A DNA stretch of 64,000 nucleotides, taken from assembly GCA_051294375.1 (NCBI GenBank), contig CM119270.1, positions 2,656,059 through 2,720,058 on the forward strand, given 5' to 3'. Origin of the DNA: Paraspadella gotoi (Eukaryota; Animalia; Chaetognatha). The position numbers were made by a program, and so were the translations under genes. Positions 11,982 through 25,514 of the stretch are shown piece by piece (the first letter of the stretch is position 1; each line of letters starts with the position of its first letter). A model generated the notes under the pieces. It was not told the origin of the DNA. It searched no databases and saw only the letters and a program-made list of their open reading frames with translations.

Positions 11982-14900
11982 ATGATATCATTTAACCCTA
12001 CCGGCTTCTTTTTATCATCCTTTACCGCCTGCTCTGCCCTCCTCCATCGCCTCCACCCTCCCGAGATCCACCGACCCAGATCTTCCCAGCACCAACCTAC
12101 TCTGCCCTTCATTCCATGGAAGCCGTGGTTCACTCTCCACGAACATCCTCTCCCTTCTTGGCCAGTTGGTGGGGTCTGACATGCTGGCGCTGCTTCTGGG
12201 GCTGGCGTTCGGGAACGGATGCTGACCGCCGGGCGAAGTGTGCGAGAGGCGTGGGCGGCGTTTTTCGCGAGAGAATAACACGCCAAAGTTAGCGGCGGGC
12301 GTTGCGGCGCGTTTTGCGATGCTGTCGAGAAGTTAGGTGAAAGGAGGGAGGGGCGGTCTTGTTTTTTACTGTGCATCTCTTGTACCTCATCTGTGCTATT
12401 TCGGTTTCTCTCATACCTACAGATTCTGATATTTGACACTGTCTCTCTCACTCTACACAGCTCTCTTGCGAGATTTGTCTCTCTCTCTTGCATCTTCGCT
12501 CGTGACGTCTCTCCTCTCTATCTCCATCTCATCTCCTCAGTTCTCTCCTCTCTCTCTCTCTCTCGTCTCGTCATCATCCTTGCTGTACCTCTATTCTCGG
12601 CGACGGGCCAGGGCCGTGTCCGTATTGATTCATTCCTGTCAATTCATTTCATTCACTCTCATCTCCCTGTCCATGACTCTCCGTCTATCTCTCTGCTGTC
12701 TCATCGTCTCCTCTGACATTCTGACCCTCAGGCTCGAAAGTATCGCGTTCGCTCTCTGCGCATCGAGGCTCTTCCTTATCTCTCTGAATCGACATCTCTG
12801 GGTTTCACCCCGCCGCCGCTTCCTCGCCGAGCAACACTTCTCCGTCATGGAGCTACACCCCGAGACGGTGGTGCGTTGATGCGCTGCAATGCGATGATTC
12901 GATAGGCTCGTGTTGAGGTACGTAACTGTGAAATTACACCGCGGTGATGGATTATCGAGCAAGTTTGCTGTCGCTGCAAGTCCGCGCTCTGTGGAATGGC
13001 GACTGACATGAGTGGTGTGAGCTAGGTTGAACTGCTGGCAATGAGGGGACGTATGAATGGCGGTTGAAAATTGAGTTAGCGAGATTAGTTTCGCCGTTGA
13101 AGTAGGCTGACTGTATATGGAGGCATTGAGCTTGAGCATTACAGCATGTGCAATGACGCGACTTGCAATGTGCGGTGGATTGCAAGGTAATAGCTGGGTC
13201 AGAACCATATCGCAATCGAGATCTAAGAGGGTAACTGACCCATGACAGTCTCTTTGATGGGATTGAATGAATTTCTGCAGGAATACCACCTTTTTGGGGG
13301 TTTAAATATGGATTTTCTTCTCTTCTCTCTCTTTCTGCAATGACTGGACGTAATTTATGAGGTTGAAAGAAAAAATGTTACTGCGTTGAGTGATAGATAA
13401 CGATGATAAACGAGGGAATTAGACGTCCTAGTCTAAAACTCTAAATAGCATTACTACGTTTAATTGTGAATTGATTCTTTATCATTCCAGTTCGATTGGA
13501 CGCGCGGAAGGTTGATGAGACAAATTTGCACGATGGGAAATCTGCTGACATTTCCAGATCACTTACAGATATCGAGACAACATTTTTAAAAACGAAAGTG
13601 TTGAGGATGATTTAGCGAGTCGGAAGGAAAGGGAAAATTCTGAAAAGCGAATTGTATCGTTTTGTATTGAGCCTATGTTCGTTCTTTGCTGATAAGCATT
13701 TCCAAAAGTAGCGACAAATCGTGTGTTTCGTCTAACAAAACATGTTTAGTCTTCAGCGACTACAGTATTAGTTAGAAGTTTTTGAGAAGTCGACGAACAG
13801 ATTCTCTCGGTTTTTTTTTTTCAACTTACACTGTTTAAAAAATTTCTTAAATTTTTTTGACGATATTTATTTTTAAATAGTAGTATCTGTACGAAAAAAA
13901 AATTGGTCACAAATTTATTATGTCTTTTTTAGCGAAGAAATATTTGACAGTCAATACTTTTGAATCATCAATTGGAGTCGTAAAATAATTCTCTTGAGGC
14001 CAGCACATTACGCGAGAGGATTTCGCCGAAGGAAGACTCCGGTTCTCCTGATTTTCCCATCTCCAGGCTTCGCAACTGTCATGATTGGCTTCTGCTTGCC
14101 GGCCGTGGCATCCTGATCTGTAAACGCAGGTCGAGCTGAAGAAGATCCCCTTTAGTAAACTGCGTCGGGGTGCTTTTGTCCTGCGGTTCTGCGCTTATTC
14201 GATCGGAAGCGTTTCGAATTCCTACGAGTTGCCCTTGTCTTTTAATATTTTGATTATTTAAGTTTATAAATTATTAAACTGGTATAATGTTTTTTTTCCT
14301 TTTTGATTGTTGTCGTTTAATATACGAAACTTTGATTATATTTTACTATGGAATCTATTTGAAAAAATACCTGAACCATTATTAGAACTGGTTTTTTTTT
14401 TTTTGGTTTTTTTGCAAACATAAGTTACATTTATAATCCAAACAAAAGAGCAGAGAGAGAGAGAAGAGAGAGCAGAGAGAAGAGAAGAGAGATGAGAGAG
14501 AGAAGCAGAGAGAGGAGGAGAGAGAGAGAGAGAGGGACTGAATTCTAATACAAACTTAATAACAGTTTTCCACAGGCGGGTTTAGTCGTTAGCCTGTAAT
14601 CCCCGGTTGACTCGGGAGCCTGCGGGGACGTGGCGAATAAGGTGGCGCTGCGGAGGAATACTGAATATTCCATCTACAGGGTACCCGCAGGCACAACTCG
14701 AATCCACACGCTGGAAGCACCATCGTTGTGCAACGTCGTCGTGTCGTCTGAGGCGAGGGTTGCAGGGTTTCCATGTGTCCTGTAGGTCGTCATCATTAAG
14801 TTCTTCAGTTCCTGGTTCTCACTCGTCTCTCCCTTTTTCCGCATTTTTATATGTCGATACCTCAGTCAAATTTTTAGATCTGCCAATTTTGGAAACTTTT

Positions 14901-16170
14901 ACTTTTTCGAAATTTACTGTTATCGTTTTACAATGTGCATTTCGATAAATTACAAAACTCAAACTCAATACTCCACGACGACGGCCACCAGTTTCCCTTT
15001 CGTTTTTTTTTTTCCCCACTCCCAAAGATCATCAGCGACGTCTACAAAACCCTGATTATGCTTCATGGCTTTTTAAGACCGAGGACCATCTGGCTCTCGG
15101 ATCACTACTTGCGCCTCGTCCAAGGACGACGCGCAGATTGGGTTACGTCTTCGTCACGAGACAAGTCACGTGATTCTTAAGCTCACGAGACGACTTTTGC
15201 TATCATTGGAATCCCGCGGACCGTGGCTGTTGGTGTTCCGTAGGTAAGTTGGCGTTGTATCTGTCTTTATTTTACAGTTTACTTTTTTCGTTACAATTAC
15301 TTTCACAAATTGCGTTAGGGATTAGAGTTTTGGGAGGTTATGGATTACGCATCAGATTCAGGTTAGGTTTAAAGGTGGGGTTAGGATTACGTTAGGATTA
15401 GCAGTCAAGTTGGGGATTTAGGTAAGAGATTAAAAACCGAGTTCAGGAATCTTTCTTACTTTCTTTCTTTCTTCCCTCTTCCCTAATCCCACAATCCCCT
15501 AAACCCCCAGGCTTCTACGTCGGATGGCGCTACGGACCCGCCCTCCCTATTCTCATGAAAGGCGCCGAACTCTTCTGTGGAACGCCTCTTCTTCGGCCGT
15601 CTTTGCTCGGCCACTGGTTGCCATGGTAATTGTTACCGCCCTAGCGACGCTGTCACATCGTTTACGTGCTGCTTACCGAAGGCTATCAGCCGCGAGGCCG
15701 ACTGTGATAGGGCTGAAGTTGGCGGCGAAGAGCTTGCTTCCCGCGTCAACACGGTTGTTGACTTTTTAATACAATTGAAACAATTTGTAGAAAAATTTTA
15801 TTGCTTTATTTAATAGAGAAGTCAAGTACTCTACGAGTTAATGAGCGAGTTAATGAGAGAGTCTTGATTTAAAAGCTTACAGTCATTAATGTTGTTAAGA
15901 TGGATGGGATCATGGAGGCAAAATAGATTATTTATTAAATTAATGGATAACTATAAAATGCGATTGACCAAATTCCATGACATCATTGTCGTCTTCTTCC
16001 CTCGCCATAGATCCCCCACCACTGCGGCATTGATGCAGTTCGCCAACTTGACCCCAGCTGGGCGATCGACTCACCTCGTCCGCTCACGGAAGGGAGCAGC
16101 ATCTCACCAGCCTCTTAACCCTGCGGCCTTTGACATTGTCGAGCCGCAGTGCCTGCGGATTTGCCGTGAC
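11982..16170 (+). pseudogene. Frameshift-riddled copy of the OMA1-like gene; probable assembly artefact, but holds the only copy of the 5' end
   Basis: Colinear with 20750-24002. Differences are mostly scattered 1-nt indels in exons and introns alike. Confidence 0.6.
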
Positions 16171-16824
16171 CGCCCGTGCGGAGCCGGGCAGTTTGTGTGT
16201 GGATCGGCAGTCGAGGCCGGATAAAAAGGAGAAATGCGCAGAGGAATTCTTTGTTAAAAAAAAACGTGATGCTGATATAAAAATGAAAAAGGTTATGCGA
16301 ATAAAAACATCAATAAAATAGTCTTATTTCTTGTTTTCTGTTTTGCTTTGTTTGTTTTTTTTCAAGTTTTCATTCCATCTTATTCTTCTTCTAACTTTCT
16401 TAACTTTTCTTACCCTGCTATTATTTTTCTTTTAATCTTATGACTTAATCAGTTAATCTGAATCTCTGTCTTTGCGTCACGAATTCTCACGCCGAAAAGT
16501 TGTGTAAGTTTATCTCCCTCACTCTTCCCTCTTCCTTTCCTGCTCTTCCTCCTCTTCCTCATCTTTCTCACTTTCTTCCTATTACTCGCTACATCTTTCT
16601 TTATCTTTTTGCTTTTATTCGACATATTTTGTTAATATTTCTCCTGAACATGAATGTCGCAGATTCAACATTGCCTTGGCGACGTCTTTTCCTTAAGTTT
16701 CTCAATTTAACTACAAACTACTACTTAAATTACGATTGAAAGTGTATTTAGTCTAGATCGGAAAATAAAAATGGTTCCTAAACCGTCACAATTTTATAAT
16801 CTTGCATTGAATTCTTTTAACCCC

Positions 16825-16887
<63 letters not shown>

Positions 16888-17098
16888 TCTCTCTCTCGTT
16901 CTCTCTCTCTACTCCCTTCGCCGCTGTCGCGGCGAAGTGTTTGAAAGTTAATTGTTTCCTCCTCGAATTTTCACCCGCGAACTTTTGATCTGCACATTCG
17001 TGAGAGACCGACGAAGGGAACCCCCTCCTTGTGAAGATGATAGAGAGAGAGAGAGAAGAGAGAGAGAGAATGAGAGAGAGAGAGAGAAGAGCAGAGAC

Positions 17099-17136
<38 letters not shown>

Positions 17137-20100
17137 GAGAAATTAAGGAAGCTTACACTCATTCCAGAAACTCCAGGGATCGATGGAAAAAGGTGCAGTA
17201 GAGGGTAAGTGTTGATTAAAGCGCGCGGCATGTGTTTACGGGATTTACGTCGTTGTTGTCTCGTTTCTTGTCTGCATCGTTGTGGTCGACCGCTATCTTC
17301 AGTTTTTTGACTTTCATGCAGGTCAGACAATAAGTAGTTTATTGTCCTCAGAGAAAGTAAATCATCTTCAAATCTTCGTATCGCAATATTCATCGTAAAC
17401 TTTTGCAGGATCGACCTTAAAATGTCGCCCAAAACCTGGCGGCCACTCGGCGGAAACTAAAAACATTTCAAAAAAGGACCGAAAGTAAAAATCACAAATT
17501 TGTCGCGCGATTTTTCTTCCCTCTCGTTTTGTTTTCTTCTCCTTCTTTTTCCTGTTCGTCTCTCCTGTCTTTTTTTCTAAAGTCTCCTTCTTTATCTTTG
17601 TCTTTAATTTTTTTCTTCTTCTTCTTTTATTCGCAGTTAAAGTGTCACATCCAATTCCCTTTTTAGCGTAAACTCACCACTGTTGGCAGGCAAAATATTT
17701 TTCGGCCATCTTTGGACGAGAGAGAGAGAGAGAGAGAAGAGAGACGAGAGGAGAGAGGAGAGAGAGAGAGAGAGAGAAGAGAGAGAGAAGAGAGAGCAGA
17801 GAGGAGAAAGAGAGATGATTTTATACCATTTCAATTAGCCGTTGCGCCCCAGTAGCAATAGCAAAAACTTCGATTGCAATGCAATCATATCGAGTCATGT
17901 GACTAATAAAAAGCGAGTAAAATCGATCCATAGAATATATTTTTTTATTTTTTTTTATTTATTTTTTATTTTTTTATTTTTTTATAAAGGAAAAAACAGG
18001 TGGTGTTTGATTCTTCAAGCATTCTAACTAACGCCCCTCTACCTTTCATCCCGGCCATATTTTTTAAAACCCCACATTTCCAGCCTCTTAAATTCAGAAT
18101 AAAAGTTTTTTAAAGCGTTAAAGATTATGTATGGGGTGCCAAGGATAAGGAGTTGGGGATTATAGAAATCGGAATTAAATATTTTATAAGAATTAGATTT
18201 AAATATTACAGTTAAAATTTAGATTCAGGCATCCACATTAAAACAGGTGCTTTTTGGAAAATATTGTCGAACGGCCCACACCTATCATCATTACTATTGC
18301 TTGCCCCTAGCATGTCCTTTTTCCGCCATCACCCGTTCGTTACCTCCCCTTACATCAACATCAATACCCATCCCGTCGACATCTTCACTTTTATCAACGT
18401 CGTCTGCTTGAGAATCCCCAAGACGTTATCTTCACCGCCGCTGCTACGGGGGAAGACTTTCTCCGCCAAGAGGACGTCGATAATAACCAGTCGCATCGCC
18501 AGCGCTTTGACGAGAGATGGGGTGAGGAAAGGGAAGGGAATATGATGCGAATAGATGAAAGCAAAGAAAAAAAAGTTAAAAAAAAAATCCCATAAAAAAT
18601 TAAAACTAAATAAAAAAAAAAAAATTTAAAAAAAAAAAGCCAGAAAGAAAGAAAGAACTCCCCCAACCCACAAACAGGGCGGACGGGCGTCCTCCTTCTC
18701 TCTACCCTCTAGCGGTTTGAATCGATTATTCCTGTTCTACGCGACGACGGCATTGGGCCGCGCATCTTCGCCACCGGTTTGACGCTAAGTCCTTGGCGTG
18801 GAGGAGCATCGCGTTACTTGTGGGCTGAGAAAACCAGAGTGTAAGGAGGAAGCAGTTAGCAAAGATCATGGGTGCAGCGGGGAGGCGGTTGCAAAGATCA
18901 GGGTACAGTTTACCAAAGCTTGCTAGCGAAGTGTATAAAATTTTATTAATATAAGATTCAATATGGGGTGCTAAGGGGAAGAAATGTTACAAAAAATCAG
19001 GGGTGGTTGTGAAAAAAGTGTAGGGAATTTAGCGGAAGATTTTTTTTTCTGAAATAAAAAGAGACAATTATGACAATTAAGACAATAAAGAAGATTAAAC
19101 GATTTGAAAACAATATGACATTTAAACAATAAATGGAGTATTGAAGCAAGACTTAATTGCACTAATGGCAACTAAAAATTAAAGATTCAAACAATTAAGG
19201 ATCATGCGGACATTGCAAAATTGGAAAAGTATTGAAGTATATCAATTGAAAATCATGAGTGAATATTATCATCTATGGTTCCTAAACCTTTACACTAGGC
19301 CATTTGCCATTTTTTATTTTAGTCATTAGACAGAAATGCGGCAAATGAAAAAAACGATGTAAATACTATCATTATTAACCTAACATTTATACTAGGCCAT
19401 TGCCTTTTTTTTTTGTAAAGTCATAGACAGAAACTTTGTCAATTTTTTTATTTTTAACTGATCATAAATAAAGAAAGCATTAAATACCAGATTAAAATTA
19501 TTGAATACCCTTATTACCTTATTATTATTATTTTTCTTTTATCGTATGATACTAATTATTATTTTTATTCATTATTACTATTATTTATTTACATTATTAT
19601 TATTATTATTATATACTATGATTGAATTACTATTATTGGAATTACAACTTACAACGTAATCGAGTAAAAAAAAAGGGGGGAAAAACAAGGGTACAAGTCT
19701 GCAATTGGGAGGCTTTTGCCAAAACAAGGGTGCAAGGGGAGGCCGGTTGCAAATATCAGGGGTAAAAGAGGATAATATTTTTACTCATTATAAGACTACT
19801 GAACTACCTCGCAACTTGGTAAAAAGCGTAAAATTCTATTTTCAGAAAGAGCAAATTTACAAGATCCATCGCTCTGCTCTTCTCACTTCAAAATGCGTTA
19901 GACCATTGAGACCCACTACGGACCTCAATAAAACGATTGTTAAGTTATTTAGTTTTTAGTTCTTTTATCATATATTTGGCTATATATCTTTTAAAGCTCC
20001 CTATTTGCTGAATGAAATTCAGAATTAATGATTGTTTATTGATTTAAAAATTAGATAAAAGGCAAGGTTAAATTATAGGTTTAGGAATTAGGTTATTTAT

Positions 20101-20738
20101 TTTGCGTTGAGAGATTAGTTATTGAATAAGGTTAGAGATTTGGGTTCAAGGTAAGGAAAATATGGTTAAGTAATTGAATCTTGCATTAATATGTAAATTA
20201 AAAATTTAATAAATAATTCTACTCGAGTTAGCAATATTCAACGCGTTAAAAAAAAATCCCTAAAAAATCTAGAAAATAGGAACTTTTTGTAAATCAGTAA
20301 CCAGGTTTTTTTTTTATTATCTTCCATAAGTCACGGATTATTCTCGACCGGCGACCGCTCGAGGAGCACCGCGCCAATTCCTTTTGTCGTCTTTGGAATC
20401 CGACCCCACGTCGGACGTCTTTGGATAGAGGCGTGGCGACAACATCGGAAGTGGGCGTGTCCGAGAAGAGTTCTCGCTCAAGAATTAAAAGACTGATCGC
20501 TTACATTTTGATTGTTTGACTACGACGCGGTCGGCGTTCAAGGCGAGAAAGAAATAGTGGGTGAAGTGTATTCCGTTGCGTTTCAACCAGTAAAACCAGT
20601 CAACTAGTCAATCAGTTGCGGTTTTTATTCGTTATTGCGTAAAAACAAAAAATCTTACTCTTATCTAAGGAACAAGACTGACAGACCAAAAAAGCTCTGC
20701 CATCATCTTTTCATGTCTGTTTTTATTTTCTGTCACAG
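12150..20738. repeat. Tandem segmental duplicate of ~20745-27698 (noisy copy)
   Basis: Both units end in ...tgtctgtttt-tctgtcacag (20738 and 27698). The second unit restarts at cccttc(tc)tggcc(a)gttggtggg, matching ~12150. Confidence 0.85.
18312..20738 (+). pseudogene. Frameshifted partial copy (exons 1-4) of the luciferase/4CL-like gene
   Basis: Matches 25997-27698 with many indels and is truncated at the duplication junction. Confidence 0.6.
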
Positions 20739-20749
20739 TATCTCTTCTC

Positions 20750-23700
20750 TCCTCTTCCCTTCTCTGGCCGTTGGTGGGCGTGACAGCTGGCGCTGCTCTG
20801 GGGCTGGCGTTCGAGCGGATGCTGACGCCGGCGAAGCGAGAGGCGTGGGCGGCGTTCGCGAGGAAACACGCCAAAGTAGCGGCGGCGTTGGCGGGCGTTT
20901 GGATGCTGTCGAGNNNNNNNNNNCCTTGGATCAATCCTGAAGACATCGTGGAGGATTTCGACGCCGACGAGTTCTTCGCCGGCAACACTCTGATGGAGCA
21001 CGACGAGAAGGTTGGCTGCGTTGATGCTGCTGCAATGACAGAATGATGATGGGGTTGAATGAGTTGTGTTAGCGATGATAAACAGTTGATGCGGTTGAAT
21101 GTAGGCTTCTGTAATGGCCGGCCATTGATGTTGTTGAGCTAATAACTGCTGCAATGAGGGACTAGCAATGCGGTTGAATTATTTGCTTCTGCAATGACTG
21201 ACAATTGATGGCATTGGGTTCATTCATTACGCAATGTCAGACCCTTGATGGGGGTGTTTCAAACTACTGCGGAAATGACAAGCTCTTTATGGGATTGAAT
21301 GAATTTCTGCAGGAATCACGGACCGTTTTAGGGGTTAAATGAGTTTCTTCTCTTTCTCTCTCTTTCTGCAATGACTGACTATTTATGAGGTTGAAAAAAA
21401 ATTATACTGTCATGATGATGATAACGATGATAAACAGGAATTGAGTCTAGTCTAAAACTCTAAATAATCTAACGTTTAATTGAATTGATTTCTTATCATT
21501 CCAGTCGATTTGGACGCGGAAGGTGATGAGAAAATTGGAGATTGGGAATCTCGACATTTCCGACTTCAGATATCGAGACAAACATTTTAAAACGAAGGTG
21601 AGATGATTTTAAGTCGGAGGAAGGGGAAATCTGAAAGGCGAATTGTATCGTTTTGTATTGAGCCTTTCGTTCTTTGCGATAAATTCCAAAAGTACGACAA
21701 ATCGTTGTTTGTTAACAAAACTTTGTTTAGTCTTCGAACAGTATTGTTAAAAGTTTGAGTCACGACAGATTCTCGGTTTTTCTTTTCAACTTCACGTTTA
21801 AAATTTCTTAAATTTTTTTGATGATATTTATTTTATAGTATCTACGAAAAAAAAATTGTCACAAATTTATTATTCTTTTTTAGCGAAAATATTTGATCAG
21901 TCAATACTTTTAATCATCAATTGATCGTAAAATATCCTTGAGCCAGACATTCGAGACGGATTTCGCCGAGGAACTCCGGGTCTCCTGATTTCCCATCTCC
22001 AGGCTGTCCACTGTCATGATTGGCTTCTGCTTGCCGGCCGTGGCATCTGATCTGTAAACGCAGGTCGAGCATGAAGAAGATCCCCTTTAGTAACTGCTCG
22101 GTGCTTTGTCCTGCGTTCTGCGCCTTTTCAGATCGGAGGTTTCGAATTCCTACGAGTTGCCCTTTCTTTTTAATATTGATTATTTAAAGTTATAAATTAT
22201 AAACTGTTAATTTTTTTTCTTTTTGATTGTTTCGTTATATTACGAAACTTTGATTACATTTTACTAGGAATTTTTGAAAAAATACCTGAACATTATTAGA
22301 ACGGTTTTTTTTTTTTTGTTTTTTTTGCAAACATAAGTTACATTTATAATCCAAACAAAAAGAGCAGAGAGAGAAGAGAGAGAGAGGAGGAGAGAGAGAG
22401 AGGGACTGAGATTCTAATACAACTTAATAACAGTTTTTCCACAGGCGGGTTTAGTCGTTAGCCTGTAATCCCGGTTGACTCGGGAGCCTGGGGACGTTGG
22501 TCGAATAGGTGGCGCTGCGGGGAATACTGATATTCCATCTACAGGGTACCCGCAGGCACACTCGAATCCACACGCTGGAAGCACCATCGTTGTGAACGTC
22601 GTCGTGTCGTCTGAGGCGAGGTTGCAGGGTTTCCATGTGTCCTGTAGGTCGTCATCAGAAGTTCTCAGTTCCTGGTTCTCACTCGTCTCTCCCTTTTTCC
22701 GCATTTTGATATTGTTCGATACCTCAGTCAAATTTTTAGATCTGCCAATTTTGGAAACTTTTACTTTCGAAATTTACTGTTTCGTTTTACAATGTGCATT
22801 CGATAAATTACAAAACTCAAACTCAATACTCCACGACGAGGCACCAGTTTCCCTTTTCGCTTTTTTTTTCCCACTCCCAAAGATCATCAGCGACGTCTAC
22901 AAAACCCTGATATGCTTCATGGCTTTCAAGACGAGGACCATCTGGCTCTCGGATCACTACTTGCGCCTCGTCCAGGACGACGCGCAGATGGGTTACGTCT
23001 TCGGTCACGAGACAAGTCACGTGATCTTAGCTCACGAGACGGACTTTTGCTTCATGGAATTTTCCCGCGACGTGGCGTTGGTGTCCGTAGGTAAGTTTGG
23101 CGTTGTATCTGTCTTTATTTTACAGTTTACTTTTTTCGTTATCAATTACTTTCACAAATTGGTTAGGGATTAGAGTTTTTGGGAGGTTATGGATTACAAT
23201 CAGGGATTCGGGTTTAGGTTTAAAGGGTCGGGGTTATGGATTAGCGTTATGGATTAGAGTCAAGTTGGGGATTTGGTAAGAGATTAAAACCGAGTTCAGG
23301 AATCTTTCTTACTTTCTTTCTTTCTTCCCTCTCCCTAATCCCACAATCCCCCCAAACCCCCCAGGCTTCTACGTCGGATGGCGCTACGGCGTCCCTATTC
23401 TCATGAAGGCGCCGACTCTTCTGTGGGAACGCCTCTTCTTCGGCGTCTTTGCGTCCCTGGTTGCCATGGTGAATTGTTACGCCCTAGCGACGCTGGTCAA
23501 CATCGTTTACGTGCTGCCTTACCGAAGGCTACTCGAGCGCGAGGCCGACGTGATAGGGCTGAAGTTGGCGGCGAAGGCTTGCTTCCCGCTCAACACGGTT
23601 GGTTGACTTTTAATACAAATGAAACAATTTGTAGAAAAATTTTATTGCTTTATTGATAGAGAAGTCAAGTACTCTACGAGTTAGTGAGCGAGTTAATGAG

Positions 23701-24002
23701 AGAGTCTTGATTTAAAAGCTTACAGTCATTATGTTGTAAGATGGATGGATCATGGAGGCAAAATAGATTATTTATTAAATTAATGGATAACTATAAATGG
23801 ATTGTACCAAATTCCATGACATCATTGTCGTCTTCTTCCCTCGCCATAGATCCCCCACCACTGGGGCATGATGCAGTTCGCCAACTTGACCCCCAGCTGG
23901 CGATCGACTCATCCGTCCGCTCTCGGAAGGGAGCAGCATCTCACCAGCCTCTTACCCTGGGCCTTTGACATTCGAGCCGGCAGTGCCTGCGGATTGCCGT
24001 GA
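20750..24002 (+). CDS. OMA1: OMA1-like zinc metallopeptidase (peptidase family M48), 5' end missing in this copy
   Basis: Exons ~20750-20913/gap, 20924-21010, 21505-21597, 22883-23090, 23365-23597, 23850-24002 (TGA). Motifs FGHETSHVILAH (HExxH), LPYRRLLEREADVIGLKLAAKACF (third Zn ligand ExEAD) and WRSTHPS follow the OMA1 order, with hydrophobic segments between them. Confidence 0.8.
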
Positions 24003-24842
24003 CCGCCCGTGCGGAGTCGGGCAGTTTGTGTGTGGAGCCGGGCAGTCGAGGCCGGATAAAAGTGAGAAATGGTAGAGGATTCTTTGTTAAAAAAAAACGT
24101 GATGTGATTAAAAATGAAAAAGTGATGGAATAAAAACATCAATAAAAATAGTCTTTTTATTTCTTGTTTTTCTGTTTGTTTGTTTTTTTTTTCCAAGTTT
24201 TCATTCCATCTTATTCTTATTCTTAACTTTCTTAACTTTTTCTTACCATTGCTATTATTTTTTTTTTTTTTAATCTTTGACTTAATCCAGTTAATCTGAA
24301 TCTCTGTCTTGTCGTCACGAATTCTCGGAAAAGTTGGTAAGTTTTCTCCTCCTCTTCCTCTTCCACCTGCTCTTCCTCCTTTTCCTCATCTTTCTCTACT
24401 TTCTCCTATTCCTCGTACTCTTTCTTTATCTTTTTGCTTTTATCGACATTTTTGTTAATATTTCTCCTGAACCATTGATGTCGCAGATTCAACATTGCAT
24501 TGGCGCCGTCTTTTCCTTAAGTTTTCAATTTAACTACAAACTACTACTTAAATTACGATGAAAGTGTACTTAGTCTAAGATCGAAAATTAAAAATGGTTC
24601 AAACCGTCACAATTTATAAATCTTGTTGAATCTTTTAACCCCCTCTCTCTCTCTCTCTCTCTCTCCTCTCTCTCTTCCTCTCTCTCTCACTCTTCTCTCT
24701 CTCTCTCTCTCATTCTCTCCTCCATCTCTCTCTCTTCGCCGCTGTCGCGGCGAAGTGGTGAAAAGTTAATGTGTCTCCCCGAATTTTCACACGCGAACTT
24801 TTGATCTTGTGAGAGATCCGGACTGAAGGGAACCTTGTGAGA

Positions 24843-24887
<45 letters not shown>

Positions 24888-25466
24888 TGAGAGGAGAGAA
24901 GAGAGAGGAGAGAGAGAGAAGGAAGCTTACACTCATTTCCGAGAAACTCCAGGGGATCGAGGAAAAAGGTGAGTGAGGGTAAGTGTTGATTAAAGCGGCG
25001 GATGTGTTTCCGAGGATTACGTCGTTGTTGTCGTCGTTGTCTGCATCGTTGTGGTCGACGCTATCTTCAGTTTTGACTTTCCTGCAGGTCAGACAGTAAG
25101 TAGTTTATTGTCCTCAGAGAAAGTAAATCATCTTCATCTCGGTATCGAATTTTTTCATCGTAATACTTTTTTGGCAGGATCGACCTAAAATGTCGCCCAA
25201 ACCTGGCGGCCGCCGGCGGAACTAAAAACTCCAACAAAAGGCCGAAAGTAAAAATCACAAATTTGTCGGGATTTTTTTTCTTCCCTCTCGTTTTGTTTTC
25301 TTCTCCTTCTTTTTGTTTTCGTCTCTCCTTCTTTTTTTCTAAAGTCTCCTTCTTTATCTTTTCTTACTTTTTTCTTCTTCTTCTTTTTCGCGTTAAAGTG
25401 TCACATCCCAACTTCCTTTTAGCGTAACTTCACCACTTTGGCAGGAAAATATTTTTTCGGCATCTT

Positions 25467-25514
<48 letters not shown>

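Noticed and set aside
23160-23280. Interstitial telomere
   Set aside because: Only degenerate GGTTAG/GGATTA-like intronic repeats, with no (TTAGGG)n array.
24000-24059. Stop-codon readthrough of OMA1 (TGA-C plus short stem)
   Set aside because: The protein already ends where OMA1 homologues end, the stem is only 5 bp, and there is no conservation evidence.
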